Assembly (NCBI GenBank): GCA_951406725.2
Contig: OX597819.1
Location: forward strand, 2,542,001-2,606,000
Direction of reading: 5' to 3'
Length of the DNA stretch: 64,000 bases
From: Octopus vulgaris
Taxonomy: Eukaryota
Every line of letters starts with the position of its first letter. Position 1 is the first letter of the stretch. Positions 12,401-25,460 of this stretch are shown here, piece by piece. The translations under genes were made by a program, and so were the position numbers. The notes under the pieces were generated by a model that worked only from the letters and a program-made list of their open reading frames with translations, was not told the DNA's origin and made no database searches.

Positions 12401-13639
12401 TCTCTTAAACATGAGCAGAATGCAACTTAGAACCCTCACTTACACAACCTTAATATAAATTAGAATCACATCCCAAAGTCTTACCCTTCTGTTCAGGTAA
12501 GTCCCACAATGGTGTGTTGCCCTCATATCTAGGATACATCTTCACATACAGACATCCTATACTGCACCCGAAATAAGGGTCACTGACTGGCATAAATTCA
12601 GTCATAGATCCTCTCAAGCCTCTAACCCACAAGCGTTCTATGGACCAGAGGTTGCTTTTTCTGTCGTAACTATGATAGTCTTTGCTCCTTGGAGTTTGCT
12701 GAGCTCATGCTGCCTCCACTCAGACATTTTTATTCAGCCGTTTTTCCATCCCTTATCACCCTTGTTAGATCCAGCCTCTCACAGGCCCCGCGCTATCTAC
12801 TATGCCCAAGTCTTCTATCTCAAAACATCATCTCACCCTGTAATCTCTTTTAGATGGACAAAACGGAGAATTTAGTGTAAGTACTTTGTTAGCCAAAGCA
12901 ATATTGAAATCACTTTCAAATTTCCACAAATAATCTAAATGTATTCGAAGTATTTGAACACTTTTTTCAGTTTTATTTTCATGGTTTTATGATTATTTAT
13001 AAGATATACTGAGTGGCTAACAGGTACAGAATCAAAAACATTTCCATTCTCAATTGAAACGTTATCTTTAGAACCTATGCCAGAGACTTTCTCTGTTTTA
13101 AAGATTTAATCTGAGAAATATTTTCTGGCAATATATTGTATTATATGTTTTATGATAGTTCGTGCAGTTATCTCTCTGTCATTAATCTATTACCATACCA
13201 TCTGATTGTATTCTTTTTTCCCTGTCACAAAGCAAGTGGATTGTTGTGGCATACAGGTTTTGTAGGAAATTAACTTAACCTTCGTCTTAAAAAGGTTTTC
13301 TAGATATTTTTTTTAAATAAAGAGAGTGGTTTGAATCGAAGATTTAATATCATTGACAATTTTCCAAAGCTACAAAAACAAGGTGAATTTTTGCACCTCT
13401 ATCCCTATAGTACTTAACAACTAAATTTGACGCACATATTGGGGAAAAAATAGATATCACATTGTGCATCCGTGAATCAAAGTTAGCCTAAAATACACTT
13501 CACCTTCAAACAAGTAAAATTATTGGAGATGAGTGAAATTATTACGCTTAGTATATAATAGTTATTGTATTCATAGTCACAGCGTGTAGTATTATGAGTA
13601 GTATATTGAAAAGATTATATTGTTGTTCTTTAGCGAGCC

Positions 13640-13960
13640 AACCCATCCAGCATTGAGATACTCCTCATATGCAATCAGATGCGTTGGGCAGAATACCTTA
13701 CTAGGATGGAGGATAACAAGTTACCTAAGCATTTTTCTACGGGGAGTTGCAACATGGTAACACACTAGATATAAACCCATATTAGGGTTGTCATCAAAAA
13801 CAACTCGTAGAGTAGATGTTGGACACTGGGAGCAGATGACAGAAAATCGATCGATTTGGAAAGAATGTATCTGCAACGGTTGTAAAGCATTTTGAAACAC
13901 AGAAAATTGAACGCTCTCTCTTGAAACGAGCGCTTCGTAAACCACCCCAAACACTTTTCT
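13640..13960 (+). mobile_element. RTE-clade LINE 3' fragment
   Basis: Translates, with frameshifts, to QMRWAEYLTRMEDNKLPK..FYGELQHG, the typical RTE C-terminal motif. Confidence 0.65.
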
Positions 13961-14074
13961 ACCTGAAAATGTTTGTAACATCTTCAGTAAAACTTACTAG
14001 GCATCTGAGATCTCATGGCGGCATTTACTAACTGAAGAGATGATCTTTTTCTATAAAGAAGTGGCAACCGCCAT

Positions 14075-14692
14075 ATTGACAGGTACTGTATGAAGTAAAG
14101 ATGGTATGCAGATATTATGTATAGTTGATGTTGAGTTGATGGACATTATGTATAGTAGCGACTGTGTATATACATTACAGGCCGTAGATATTTAAGTGCG
14201 AAAGGTTTCAAATTTACATGAGTTAGACATATATATTTTTAGTGTTACATATGTGTAATATACATTGTATTGATAAAAATGTTTGAAGTAGAGATTGTAT
14301 TGAATACCTTATGTAGTGTAGAGATAGTAGATAAATATGTTTTGGAGAGATTTTTATTATAGACATTGATAGATATTATGTGCTGCGAGTATTATGTGTA
14401 GTAGTAACGATTGCAGATAAACATTGTGCGCTGGAGAAATTGAATTAATTGGACATTATGTGCAATAGATGTATATTGATAGCTTATCTGTAGTTGAGGA
14501 GTACTATGGTAAAAAACTCAAGAGTGTATGATGTAGAGAATTATATTGAGATATTATGTATTATAGATGTAACATTGAACGATATTGTATGTGGTAGAAG
14601 TAGGGATATAGGTATTTTATGGAGCAGCGTTTGCAAACAGTCATTATATGAAGAAGACTTTGTAGATGGAAAAATGTAATAAAGTTTGTAAT

Positions 14693-14734
<42 letters not shown>

Positions 14735-16670
14735 TAGATAGATAGATATAGCTGATGTTGCATTGTGTGTGCTAGGTAGTAGAAATGAAATTATAAACAT
14801 TGTTTAGTATGTTTTATTGATATACAATAATATAGGTAAAAGAATTTACGTAGACACTGTGTGTAGTAGAGATTAAATTTATAGAAATAATATATAGTGG
14901 AGGTTTTATTGATAAATACGGTGCTGTTGAGAATGTATTAATTCGAAATATAATGTGTATTTATAGACGATATATATATTGTGGAGATTCAGTTGTTAAA
15001 CATCATACCCAGTAAAGTTTGTATTGGAGGACAGTAGGCGTAGTAGAATTTGTAAACATCATGTATAATACAGAGTATACTAATAAACTTTATCTGCAGG
15101 TGAGATTATTTGAAGTTATAAGACATGTGTAATAGAAATTGTAGATAATGTGTAGCGGAGATTGTTTCGAGAGCTACTATAAAAAGTAGATGTTTTAGCG
15201 TTAAAATCTATGTATACTAAAGATTACATTATATGTATTTTATATTGTAAATAGATATTATGAATTGCATGTATTTTGTAGATTGGCACTATGTGTATTA
15301 GAGGTTGTATACGTAGTCACTACATGGAAGAAAGTTTATGTTGATTGTCATTAGAATTTATGTACAAATAGAATTTGTACTCAGACACACTGCATATTGT
15401 GGATATTGTAGAGAGACATTAAGTGCAGCAGAGGTTTTAACTAATGGACACTATGTGAAATACAGATTTGATAGACATTATGTGAAGTTGAGATTGTATT
15501 GATAGATTTTAGGGTGGCAGACATGGTAGTGTTTTATGGAATAAAGTTTCTATTAATAGTGTAGCACAGAAAATTGATGAACACTATTTGTAGTAGAAAT
15601 TTTATTGTTAGACATATGTCGTGGAGGTTGTATTGATCGATATTATGTGTAGCAGAGGTTGCATTAATAGTCACTCTGCGTAGTGAGTCGTTGAAATTCT
15701 TTTAGAAGACATGGTGTGTATTCGAAATTATAGATAGACATTGCGTGTTGCAGAGATTTTATTGACATAAATGATATGTAGTAGAGTTTGTGAAAATAAA
15801 TATTGTTAGAGCAAGAGATAGTATTATTAGAGGCTATGCGTAGTAGATTTTATATTGCGTGATACTATATGTAGTTGAAATTGTTGATAGAAGATATGAG
15901 TAGTAAGAGTGGTATTGGTAGGCATTATAGCATGACGAGTAATAGGGTAGTTATTAGTAGATTGTATTGCGGATATTTTGTGTAGTAGTAACAGTGTGTG
16001 TGTGTGCGTATGTGTGAACAGCTTATATTGACGATATATCTTATGTATAATATAAATTGTGTAGTACACGTTGTAAATAGACGTGTATAGTGAGAGTTGT
16101 TTTGATAAACATTATGGACTGTGTATAATACAGGTTGTAGATATTAAGTGTTATAGAGTTCCTATCGATATTAACTATGTAGAGTTTATGTAGAGAGATT
16201 TGTGTACAAGAGGTTATAATGATAATATACCTATATCGCATTGGTAGTTATATGTAGTAGAGATTTTATTGATAGCATTAGGAGTATTTTATGAGTACTA
16301 TATATTGTAGTCATTGCCATTATTGTGGTAGATGTTAAAATAGTATAGTTAATGATTGGTAGAAATTGAAGTTGAAAACTTTGTTGAATGTGACATAGCA
16401 ATAAACATTATAAGTAGTCGATGATAAACGGGCGTTGTGTTGTGTTATTATACGTTATATTTAATAGGTTGTACAGATAGTTATTAAGTTTAGTATTATG
16501 TTAGTATCCATAGACATGCTATTTGAAGGGAGTATTGCGGAGGCATTGCTTTAGTGATTACCTGTATTAGATACGGTGTTAATGAAAATCACCGCTAAAA
16601 GTTATATATACAGTACAGGTAGTAGGAAAAATATAGACATTACGTTAAGTAGATACTTTTACTGATTATA
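14075..16670 (+). repeat. Degenerate ~31-bp tandem repeat, forward block A2
   Basis: Same unit as A1, e.g. 15471 atagacattatgtgaagttgagattgtattg and 15734 atagacattgcgtgttgcagagattttattg. Interrupted by (AT)n at about 14694-14750. Confidence 0.85.
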
Positions 16671-16684
16671 TATAATTATAAAAA

Positions 16685-16915
16685 GGCGGCGAGCTGGCAG
16701 AAAGGTTAGCACGCCGGGCGAAATGCGCAGCCGTATTTCGTCTCCCGTTACATTCTGAGTTCAAATTCCGCCGAGGTCGACTTTGCCTTTCATCCTTTCG
16801 GGGTCGATAAATTAAGTACCAGTTACGCACTGGGGTCGATGTAATCGACTTAATCCGTTTGTCTGTCCTTGTTTGTCCCCTCTGTGTTTAGCCCCTTGTG
16901 GGTAGTAAAGAAATA
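16685..16915 (+). mobile_element. tRNA-derived SINE, family A
   Basis: A-box-like TGGCAGAAAGG, B-box-like GAGTTCAAATTCC, microsatellite tail. Related copies at 36203, 46436, 61640 and 61868. Confidence 0.85.
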
Positions 16916-16938
16916 TATATATAATTATAAATAGTATG

Positions 16939-16971
<33 letters not shown>

Positions 16972-17061
16972 TATATATACACATATATATACATATATAT
17001 ATACATTTATGTATATATATATGTATGTATATATATATATTATATTTGTATATGTGCGTGA

Positions 17062-17340
17062 AGGCTCGCGTGGCCTAGTGGTGTTGCACATTGCACTCAC
17101 AATCACGCGGTAGTGGTTTCGATTCCCGGACCGGCGGTGCTTTGTGTTCTATTGCAAGGTATTTCATTTCATGTTGCTCCTGTTCACTCTACTGTAAATG
17201 GGTAAATATGCGACGGACTGGCGTTTCGGTCAGGAGGAACGTTGGCCTGCCCGCCTAGCCAGCGAGCTGGCATCATCTGAAAGTCACAATAATGTCAGGA
17301 AGCGCATCGTGACTAACGGTATATAACATAATACGATATT
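17062..17340 (+). mobile_element. tRNA/CORE-like SINE, family B
   Basis: TGGCCTAGTGG A box, GGTTTCGATTCCC B box, and body shared with the 30729 copy. Confidence 0.75.
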
Positions 17341-17495
17341 CTGGTCAGCACAGGGACATATATATATATATATATATTGAGAAAAAAGAGGCAGTCAGAA
17401 TTTTGGATAATTGTTTATTAGCGCTTTCGTTCGTTAACAGAGCTCTTCAAGACAAAACTTAAAACCTTTTTCTCAATATCTGTACACCACTTCAA

Positions 17496-17499
<4 letters not shown>

Positions 17500-17591
<92 letters not shown>

Positions 17592-17593
17592 TA

Positions 17594-17656
<63 letters not shown>

Positions 17657-17730
17657 GTATGATGTGTATATATATGTATGAATCCATATATATGGTGTAT
17701 GGATGGATGTGTGTATGAGTGTGTGTGTAT
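17500..17730. repeat. Compound microsatellite (AT)n(GT)n(AT)n
   Basis: Directly visible. Confidence 0.95.
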
Positions 17731-18632
17731 ACAGTATTATGTGTAAAATATATTGATAAATCGTCTTTCTATTTCTTTTGTAATACTCTTGATGTGAAAT
17801 TATGTTTAGGTGTGATGGTAATTTTGCTAATAAAGTACTCGCACATGTTCTCTTTCATTTTTTAATTATTATTTGTCAACTAATTAATCATTTAACTAAT
17901 CGATGGCTTAAAATCAGCAAGTGCGTAAAAATGACAAGTGTTCTACTATAAGAATTAAAAATTACCTTCACAATATCAAAGAGAGTGATACTCGTGTTTG
18001 TTATCCCGCTGAGTAAACCATATGTGTAACAGAGACTTAATTATCAAATAAGGTGAATGAAACAACCAGAGCTAAGTAAGAAAAAAAATACCATTCTTAG
18101 AATTATTATACTGTCTGCACACTACTGAACAACTTCAACATGGACACACAAACAACCCCATCAAAATATATAGCTTGTACAAGTGTCATACGAATTATCT
18201 GTCCTTAATCCTTTACTTGTCTTGTGTGCCACATGAGATGCACAGGACATATCTCCCTGGTAGCCATGTATCATATACGATACGCATTCCCAATTTATTT
18301 TCCAACCACCAGAGAGTAACTTAGGACTTAAGACTGGAAAGCTTTGTATTATTCAAGATGTATGAAACAAAGGCCAACTAAATGTTTGAAAATAAGCATG
18401 GACACTTAAGACAAACTTACAAAACTGCTTTGGACAGGCAAATGGTTAGATTACCATAGAATTACGCCATATCTAAGAAGATTAGCACTATTAATTGTCC
18501 GAATGAAATAGGGGGGGAAAACCTTCGCTAAAATTGGGAACTAGGAAATAACAGAAGCAATAACAACATGAACGATCACTGAGCAACAGCAATAACGACA
18601 ACAGGAACAACAGCTGCAGCAGCAACAGCAAG

Positions 18633-18985
18633 TGGAGGGGCAATAGCCCAATGGTTAGGGCAGCGGACTCGCGGTCGGAGGATCGCGGTTTCGATTCCCA
18701 GACCGGGCGTCGTCTGTGTTTATTGAGCAAAAACACCTAAAGCTCCACGAGGCTCCGGCACGGTGGGGGCGACCCCTGTTGTACTCTTTCACTCCAACTT
18801 TCTCTCACTCTTTCTTCCTTTTTCTTGTCCCCGACTTCCTAGGCAACCGCTGAGCCTGGATGCGCATTCATCCATCCGTCGATGCTCTCGGTGTCGGGGG
18901 TTGACCTGCTTTGTCTTCCTCAGGTCTTACGAATAGCAAAGGACCACGTTTCGGACTTCTCCCACTGGACGGAGACCGCTACGCT
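18633..18985 (+). mobile_element. tRNA-derived SINE, family B' (head shared with 30986), inserted in a CAA/CAG-rich tract
   Basis: Head ggttagggcagcggactcgcggtcggaggatcgcggtttcgattcccagaccgggcg is nearly identical to 31008-31063. Confidence 0.8.
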
Positions 18986-19679
18986 CAACAGCAACAGAAG
19001 TAACAGCAAAAACAATAAAAGCAACAGCAACCACAAACACAACAACAGTACATATCCTGGCTAATAAATACAAATGTGGCTCTAACTAAGCTATTAACCC
19101 AAATCTTACTACCACCATGAACGTTAGCAATAGCAGAGGCAGTAATAACGGTATCAGATATGACGAGGAAGCAAGCAATAACAATGACGTCAAACGTTCA
19201 ACTTGCTGTTACTTGAGGTCTTTTAGTGAGGCTTGGAACAGCTCATATAAAGCACACCAACAATAATGTAAACAAGAATAACGACGACGGCGACTTCTTT
19301 TATTTGACACAGCATTGTCTATTGAAAGGAAACATCACAAAGGCAAGTTACATTTTTATTTTGTGGGGCTTTAGATAAAAACGGAGGAGTAGAGTTTGGA
19401 AAAGGGGAAGGGAAATAAGAAAAAAGTATATATAGTATCAAAAATATGTGAATACATGGATGATGCAGTCCTCCTCGTACAGGGAAACCTTCAACTAGAA
19501 CCAGTCACAGTATCCTACGGATCCAGGAACTGTGCCATTCGAACGATTATGTCAACTGTTCCTCTCCTACAGAACTTAATACTGAGAGAATTTGAGGGGC
19601 ATTTGAGGTAATGGAAAATTTTGTGACATCACTTAAATATGATTCACGCAAACTAATAGGGGAGGCTACTGAAATTCCA

Positions 19680-20500
19680 CGTTCAGATCATACTATGGCA
19701 TGAATTAAAAGAAATGTAGGGATCCCATATGCAACCAGTTAAAGAAGAAAAAGGCGCGAAGACGCTCAGCGGATTTGTTGCAATGTAACTAACAGAGTTA
19801 GAGACTTTGTAGTAAAGTGGAAAATAGGATGGAAAGAACTTTGGTCCTGTGAGACGACCAGAAGCAGTCTTTTGATTCGCTTCTTCTACGACATGCTTTC
19901 TAATCCCGCAAACCTAAAGCGTTGGGAAATATAGAAGAATGACCTGTGCAGATGTGGGGTGGTTGGAATGGTGAGGCACATATTCTCCAACTCCAGTCTA
20001 AAATAGATACTCGTAGCGGCATAATCAAGCGCTTAGAGTACTGACTAGTGTGGTGAAGGAGAAGGTCAAGAGAATTAATAGCGGAAAACCACAAGTATTG
20101 AAGAATGGAAGGATATAGTTTTTCACGGAAGACGAACGTTCCAAGGCATCGATTGTGAGAATGGAGACCAATCCAAAGTGGTAAGAGGCGTAGACAGTGT
20201 CAGTTGTAAACACTGCTCCCACCTTTTTACCCCCAAAATGCCTGACCTTATTATGTGATGCAGAGGAAGGAAGTCTCCTGGGAAGCGAACATCTCAGGAA
20301 CAGCCGCCTGGAAAACATATATATGACATGAAGGACAGAATGTATAGTGCTGGTTAAACTCTTCAAAAATACAGGATTGGAGAAATATGCCTTCCTGTGG
20401 AAGATTTATTGGAACCAGGACTCGCTCAGAAACCTTGGAAAAAGACAAAGAAAAAAACACTTTTAGAGGAAACTGTCAGAAGCCGCAGAAAAAACTAACG
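19680..20500 (+). mobile_element. Decayed HERO-like non-LTR retrotransposon (restriction-like endonuclease type) fragment
   Basis: Frameshifted motifs LIRFFYDMLSNPANLKRW and AHILS, typical of the HERO C-terminal region. Confidence 0.5.
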
Positions 20501-20754
20501 TCAGATTCAAAACAAAGACATTTTGTATGTTTAGTACAGAGAACTTCTATTCAATAGAATCTAGAATGGAATTGGCTTATAGTCACAACGTCTAACTCAA
20601 CTATTTTTCCCTGTTGTGCAAGAGTTACGCCATCTACATGAGTGGATGGCCCCGGTGAGCTTTTGTGTTGCAGTGGAAGGGACCGGACACTTACAGATCT
20701 GCTACATCATCGCCTGACTCTCGCATTCAGAAATGGTTAACAGCAGCATCTTCA

Positions 20755-21690
20755 GCACATTGTATATTTGTCTTACACATCATGTCTATCGACATCATTT
20801 CTGCTATAAATTTATGTCATTTAATACAATTTCAACAACACATAATGTCTAATTACAGTTTTTATGATATAAAGTGTCTCTGAACACAAATTCTTTCTAT
20901 ACATAAGGTCTATCTACAATAGCTATATTTATCTATCTGCACAGACTATATTAAACATAATATCTAAAGGAAATTTCTTCTGTATTTAATGTCTTTGAAT
21001 ACAATCCCTTGTACATTACCACATACCGACTAAGAATAAATGTTCTTCTAAACATCTATTAGCCGGAATACCTATCTGTACATTGACTATAACGTATAAT
21101 ATCTGTCAACACAAACGCTCTTACGCATAATGAACATCAATATACACACAATATCGATCTGCATTCAGGGTTACAATCTCTAATAACACACAACACATAT
21201 CTATCTACATATTTTCTACACATAATTCCTGCTACAAATATTTATTGAATATACCCTACTACACTGACTGTTTATCTGCTTCCTCTACTAAACACATCTG
21301 TCAAATATCGACTATCCATAATATAGTAAATTTCTACAACACCAAATATCTATGAAAGCATTCTCTACTGCATACAGTGTCTATCAGTGCATCATCTGTA
21401 CATAAGGCTTATTAATACAATCTTTAAAACATATAATCACTCACTCCCTTCTACACGTATCTGTTAATATAATATCTACATCATATAGTGATTATCAAAA
21501 CAATATCTACTATACACATATCTACTATACAACATAACCAACATCTACTAATCTGCTATAACTAATATCAATTAATACACCCTCTTCTCCTGTACTACAA
21601 TCTTTTTTACAAGTAACATCTATCATTATAACCTCTACTACACATAACATCTATGAATACAACCTCTGTTGAACATAATATATGCGTAAT
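20755..21690 (-). repeat. Degenerate ~31-bp tandem repeat, reverse block B1
   Basis: Reverse complement of the A unit, e.g. 21631 acctctactacacataacatctatgaataca. Confidence 0.8.
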
Positions 21691-22629
21691 TTCTGTAAAA
21701 TAAGACTAGCAATATAAATGCAAATTCCACGGTTATTTTGAAATTTCTAAGATGCTTATAAGTTTATAGAGAGCCATGAAATACATAATTTCTTTTGAAA
21801 GTGTATCTCTTTTGAAACATTTGATTCTTCAGTTGATGCAGAAATCCACATATGTAGAGTTGAATTTGTAGTTTCAGGACACGCCATCTTTGAATACTAC
21901 ATCCCTTGTTATACATTTGTCTTTTCGAACTTGAGAGTTGATATCTTTTTTTTTTATCATGAAATAAACATGCCATGAAGTAAATATGGAATGAGACCGA
22001 AAACATGACTTATCTATAATATCATTTTGCTACTGCATAACAATGTTAGTAAAACTTTAGTAAGTCTTGATACACTGTATTCTACCCTTATTTTCAAATC
22101 AGAGATAAGTACATATTGTCAGGCTTGAACCCACATCCCCATTGAGTGAAGCTGCCCTACTGAGCTGTGACCAACTAAAAAAAAAACATATCAGTAATGT
22201 AAGATAATCATAGCTCTGGTCGTTGAAGAAAAGTGACACGGATTAAATCAAGTGAAAAATATTTAACAGTAGCAGAAAGTGCAGACTATGCCTATCTAAG
22301 AAAAAGCATTGTTAAAGACCCTCCCCTTATCTGTCTTTTAGGATTTCTCTCTCCTCTCTCTCTCTCTTTGTCTCTTTCTCTAACGTTTCTATGATCATTG
22401 CCTGCCACCAAGCTACATATGAGCACTTACCCTACACCTCTTATGTTACCTTTCTCTACTTCTCTTCTACTCTTCCCGCTTATGTTCGTTGATTTCTCCA
22501 TCTACTGTTTACATCGTAAGGAGAGAAATCAACCAGCCAGATAACATTTATATTGGTTGTTGCTGTTGTTGTGTCGCTGCTGCTGCTGATGCTGCTGTTA
22601 CTACTGTCATTATTATCATGGGGGAGCTA

Positions 22630-23320
22630 ACTGACAGTGTAGTTAGATCGTCTAATTGATCACTTTACAGTAATTGTTCTCGCTTGATACTCAATATTCT
22701 TGCATGTGTGTGTGTATGTATGTATGTATGTATGTATGTATGTATGTATGTATGTATGTATGTACGTACGTATGTACGTACGAACATACATACATACATA
22801 CATACATACATACATACATACATACATACATACATACATACATACATACATACATACATACACGATGTTGTTGCTAAGACAATTTACAATGCCATCCGCA
22901 AAAAAGACTGTCCTGAAATAAACTTAGAAAATCCCTCTGTTATGGAATACATTCATAAACACCAACTCAAGGAATACTGGTGGAATATTCCCCTCAAAAC
23001 CTCTGCCAAATGTAAACATAACAGGCCGAAAATTGTTTTTGGGACAGAGGAGCAAAGGTATGTAGCATCATAGAGGTTAGATACCCTGCAGATATAAATA
23101 TCTCTTTGAAAATCCAAGAAAAGGAGGATATCTATGGACAACTGCTTCGAAACCTCCAGCTTCTATATCCAGACTATGAATTCATATTCATTCCAATAAT
23201 AATTGGAGCACTAGGTTTTGTTAGTAAAATTCTTAAAGGAGAATCTGGTTAATTCGTGCATTACAAATGCAATCTGTGAGTGGAACAGTAAAAATATGCA
23301 AGACTTTCTCAAGTTCCAAA
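22630..23320 (+). mobile_element. R4/Dong-clade non-LTR retrotransposon 3' fragment, interrupted by a microsatellite
   Basis: HDVVAKTIY...EYWWNIPLKTSAKCKHNRPKIV (RH and HNRPD motifs of the restriction-like endonuclease), followed by IPIIIGALG. Confidence 0.7.
22705..22862. repeat. Inverted microsatellite (GTAT)n-(CATA)n
   Basis: Directly visible; the two halves are reverse complements. Confidence 0.95.
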
Positions 23321-23452
23321 TGTGAATTTGTCTGTGTTAACTACATCCCAAGGATGGAGCCTTTGTGTCTTTGCTGGAAACCGGCTCCCACCTCAGTATA
23401 ATAATCAAAAAAACAGAAGAGACATACATACATACATACATACATACATACA

Positions 23453-23485
<33 letters not shown>

Positions 23486-23692
23486 TTCATACATACATAC
23501 GTATAGGTATATTGAAAATCTTAGCATTTTCCCGTTTTTGCAGAAAAATAGTTTTTTTAATACTAAGATACAATTCAAAAATACTGTGAAGTCAGAGAAA
23601 GAGAGAAAAAAAGAAAGGGATTAAGAAAATGAGATAACTAAAGACGCAGTGACGTCACAAACCTTACTATTTTTTATATACTTTCTTCTCTT

Positions 23693-23739
<47 letters not shown>

Positions 23740-23909
23740 CTATTTATCTATCTATCATCGTGATTTAATCTCAGCATCATTTTCTTGCATGTATCTATTT
23801 GTATCTCTGTTTCTATTTACCACCGTCTCTTACCTTATCTTTCTTCTTTCGAGTTACTTCCCTTAGCGTTACGCAAATGATGGGTAGATAGGAACAATAT
23901 GCTAATGTA

Positions 23910-25050
23910 TTACTATACAAGTGTATATCGATAGAAATTCTGCTAAACGCAATACAACAAAATATGCTGTTTATCTATAAGATTCACTGTGTATAGTGTT
24001 GAGTCGTACAATCTCTGCAACATAATACGTTAATCTTGAAATTCTGCCACATATCTATCAAACAACCTCCATTACAGTAATATTTGTAAATCCTGCCTCC
24101 ACTCCATAAACGCTTTATCAATGAAATTAATTTATACACTTAATTTTAATAATATAAAACTCAGCTGCACATTGTATCTAGAATGTCTAGTATACATGAT
24201 GTTTAGGTATATAATGTCCCGTACACTAATGTTTATCTATAAACATTACGCGTGTCTGTAATACATGTCTATAATACAGTTTCCACTATATATAATGTTT
24301 ATCAAAAATCTGTTAGACTTTCCATACAACATATAATAATGCCTACCAGCACAATTTCTACAATGTTTAGTATTTGTCTCCAATTTTTACTACTTACGAT
24401 GACTATCAATACGTTCCCTACTAGATATAATGTATGTTAATTAAATCCCTACAAAGCAATGTATGTCTACACAAAATTCCCAGCTATACAGAATATCTAT
24501 CCATATAACCTCTCCTACATGTTCATATGATATCTATCAACACAATGTCTAGTCTATATAATGTCTATGAATACAATTAAGTTATATATAATATCCATTG
24601 ATACAATTTCTACGAAATATAATGTTTCAATGCGATTTATCCAGCTCATAATTATCTAAAATCTGTACTATGATATGCATAGTGTTAATATAATCGCTAT
24701 TGCAAATAATGTCTATCTCTTCAATTTCTACTAAATATAATACCTATCAATAAAATCTATACAGCATATAACGATTATTTAAAATCTCTACTCTTCAATC
24801 TCAACTCTATAATAACTAGGAATACAATTTTTATAACATAACTGTCTGTCTACAATCGCTATTACACAAGATATTCATCAATAAAAAGTCTACTACTTAT
24901 AACGCCTAGTCACTCTTACGCATAACGTTTATCTATAATCTCTCCATAAAATTATTAATAACAATATAAACTATACCAAATATAATATGTATCGATAATC
25001 TCTACTACATACTATGTCTGTCTATAATTGCTACAAGACATAATATCTCT
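23910..25050 (-). repeat. Degenerate ~31-bp tandem repeat, reverse block B2
   Basis: e.g. caatttctactaaatataatacctatcaata near 24723 and aatctctactacatactatgtctg near 24997. Confidence 0.8.
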
Positions 25051-25099
25051 CCGCAAGTTTTGTCATGAAATTTCCGCAGACACGGTCAGAAACTTTACT

Positions 25100-25460
25100 G
25101 ATGTCGTGAGCAACAACACTATTTTCACCGAATGTTTCAAAGAAGGGAACCCATTTGTGAATGAATGAGGGACAAGTATCCATGAGTACTGGCTCTACGA
25201 AACTGTAGTGGTCAGCAAAGAAAAAAAAATAGTTAGTGTGATGGATAAGTCTGTCTCTGTAGTCTTTAAGATGTTGGGAGTGAGTACAATAGGGTTATGG
25301 TTGGCAGAATCAAAGGAGTTGTCCTTTTTGGTAATAGGACTCACTGTAACGTTTTTCTAAAATCCTGCAACTATCCTTTTAGAGAGAGAAATTGATAAGT
25401 TTTGCGTGGGGTGAAGTTAGCTCTAGCATGTTGCACCTCTTCACATAAAAATATGGAAAA
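25100..25460 (-). mobile_element. CR1/Jockey-like LINE RT fragment
   Basis: Minus-strand VSPITKKDNSFDSANHNPIVLTPNILK resembles VxPIxKKG...NYRPIxLTS. Confidence 0.55.

Noticed and set aside
10030-16670. Regular ~31-bp repeats considered as a CRISPR-like array
   Set aside because: Units are contiguous and degenerate with no unique spacers, there are no cas genes, and the context is a eukaryotic intron.
16685-16775. A/B-box sequences as tRNA genes
   Set aside because: No complete cloverleaf; they continue into shared SINE bodies and recur many times.
22660-22921. ORFs rich in YIHT/MYVC, plus similar poly-HT, CV, YI, N and L ORFs elsewhere
   Set aside because: These are translations of microsatellites.
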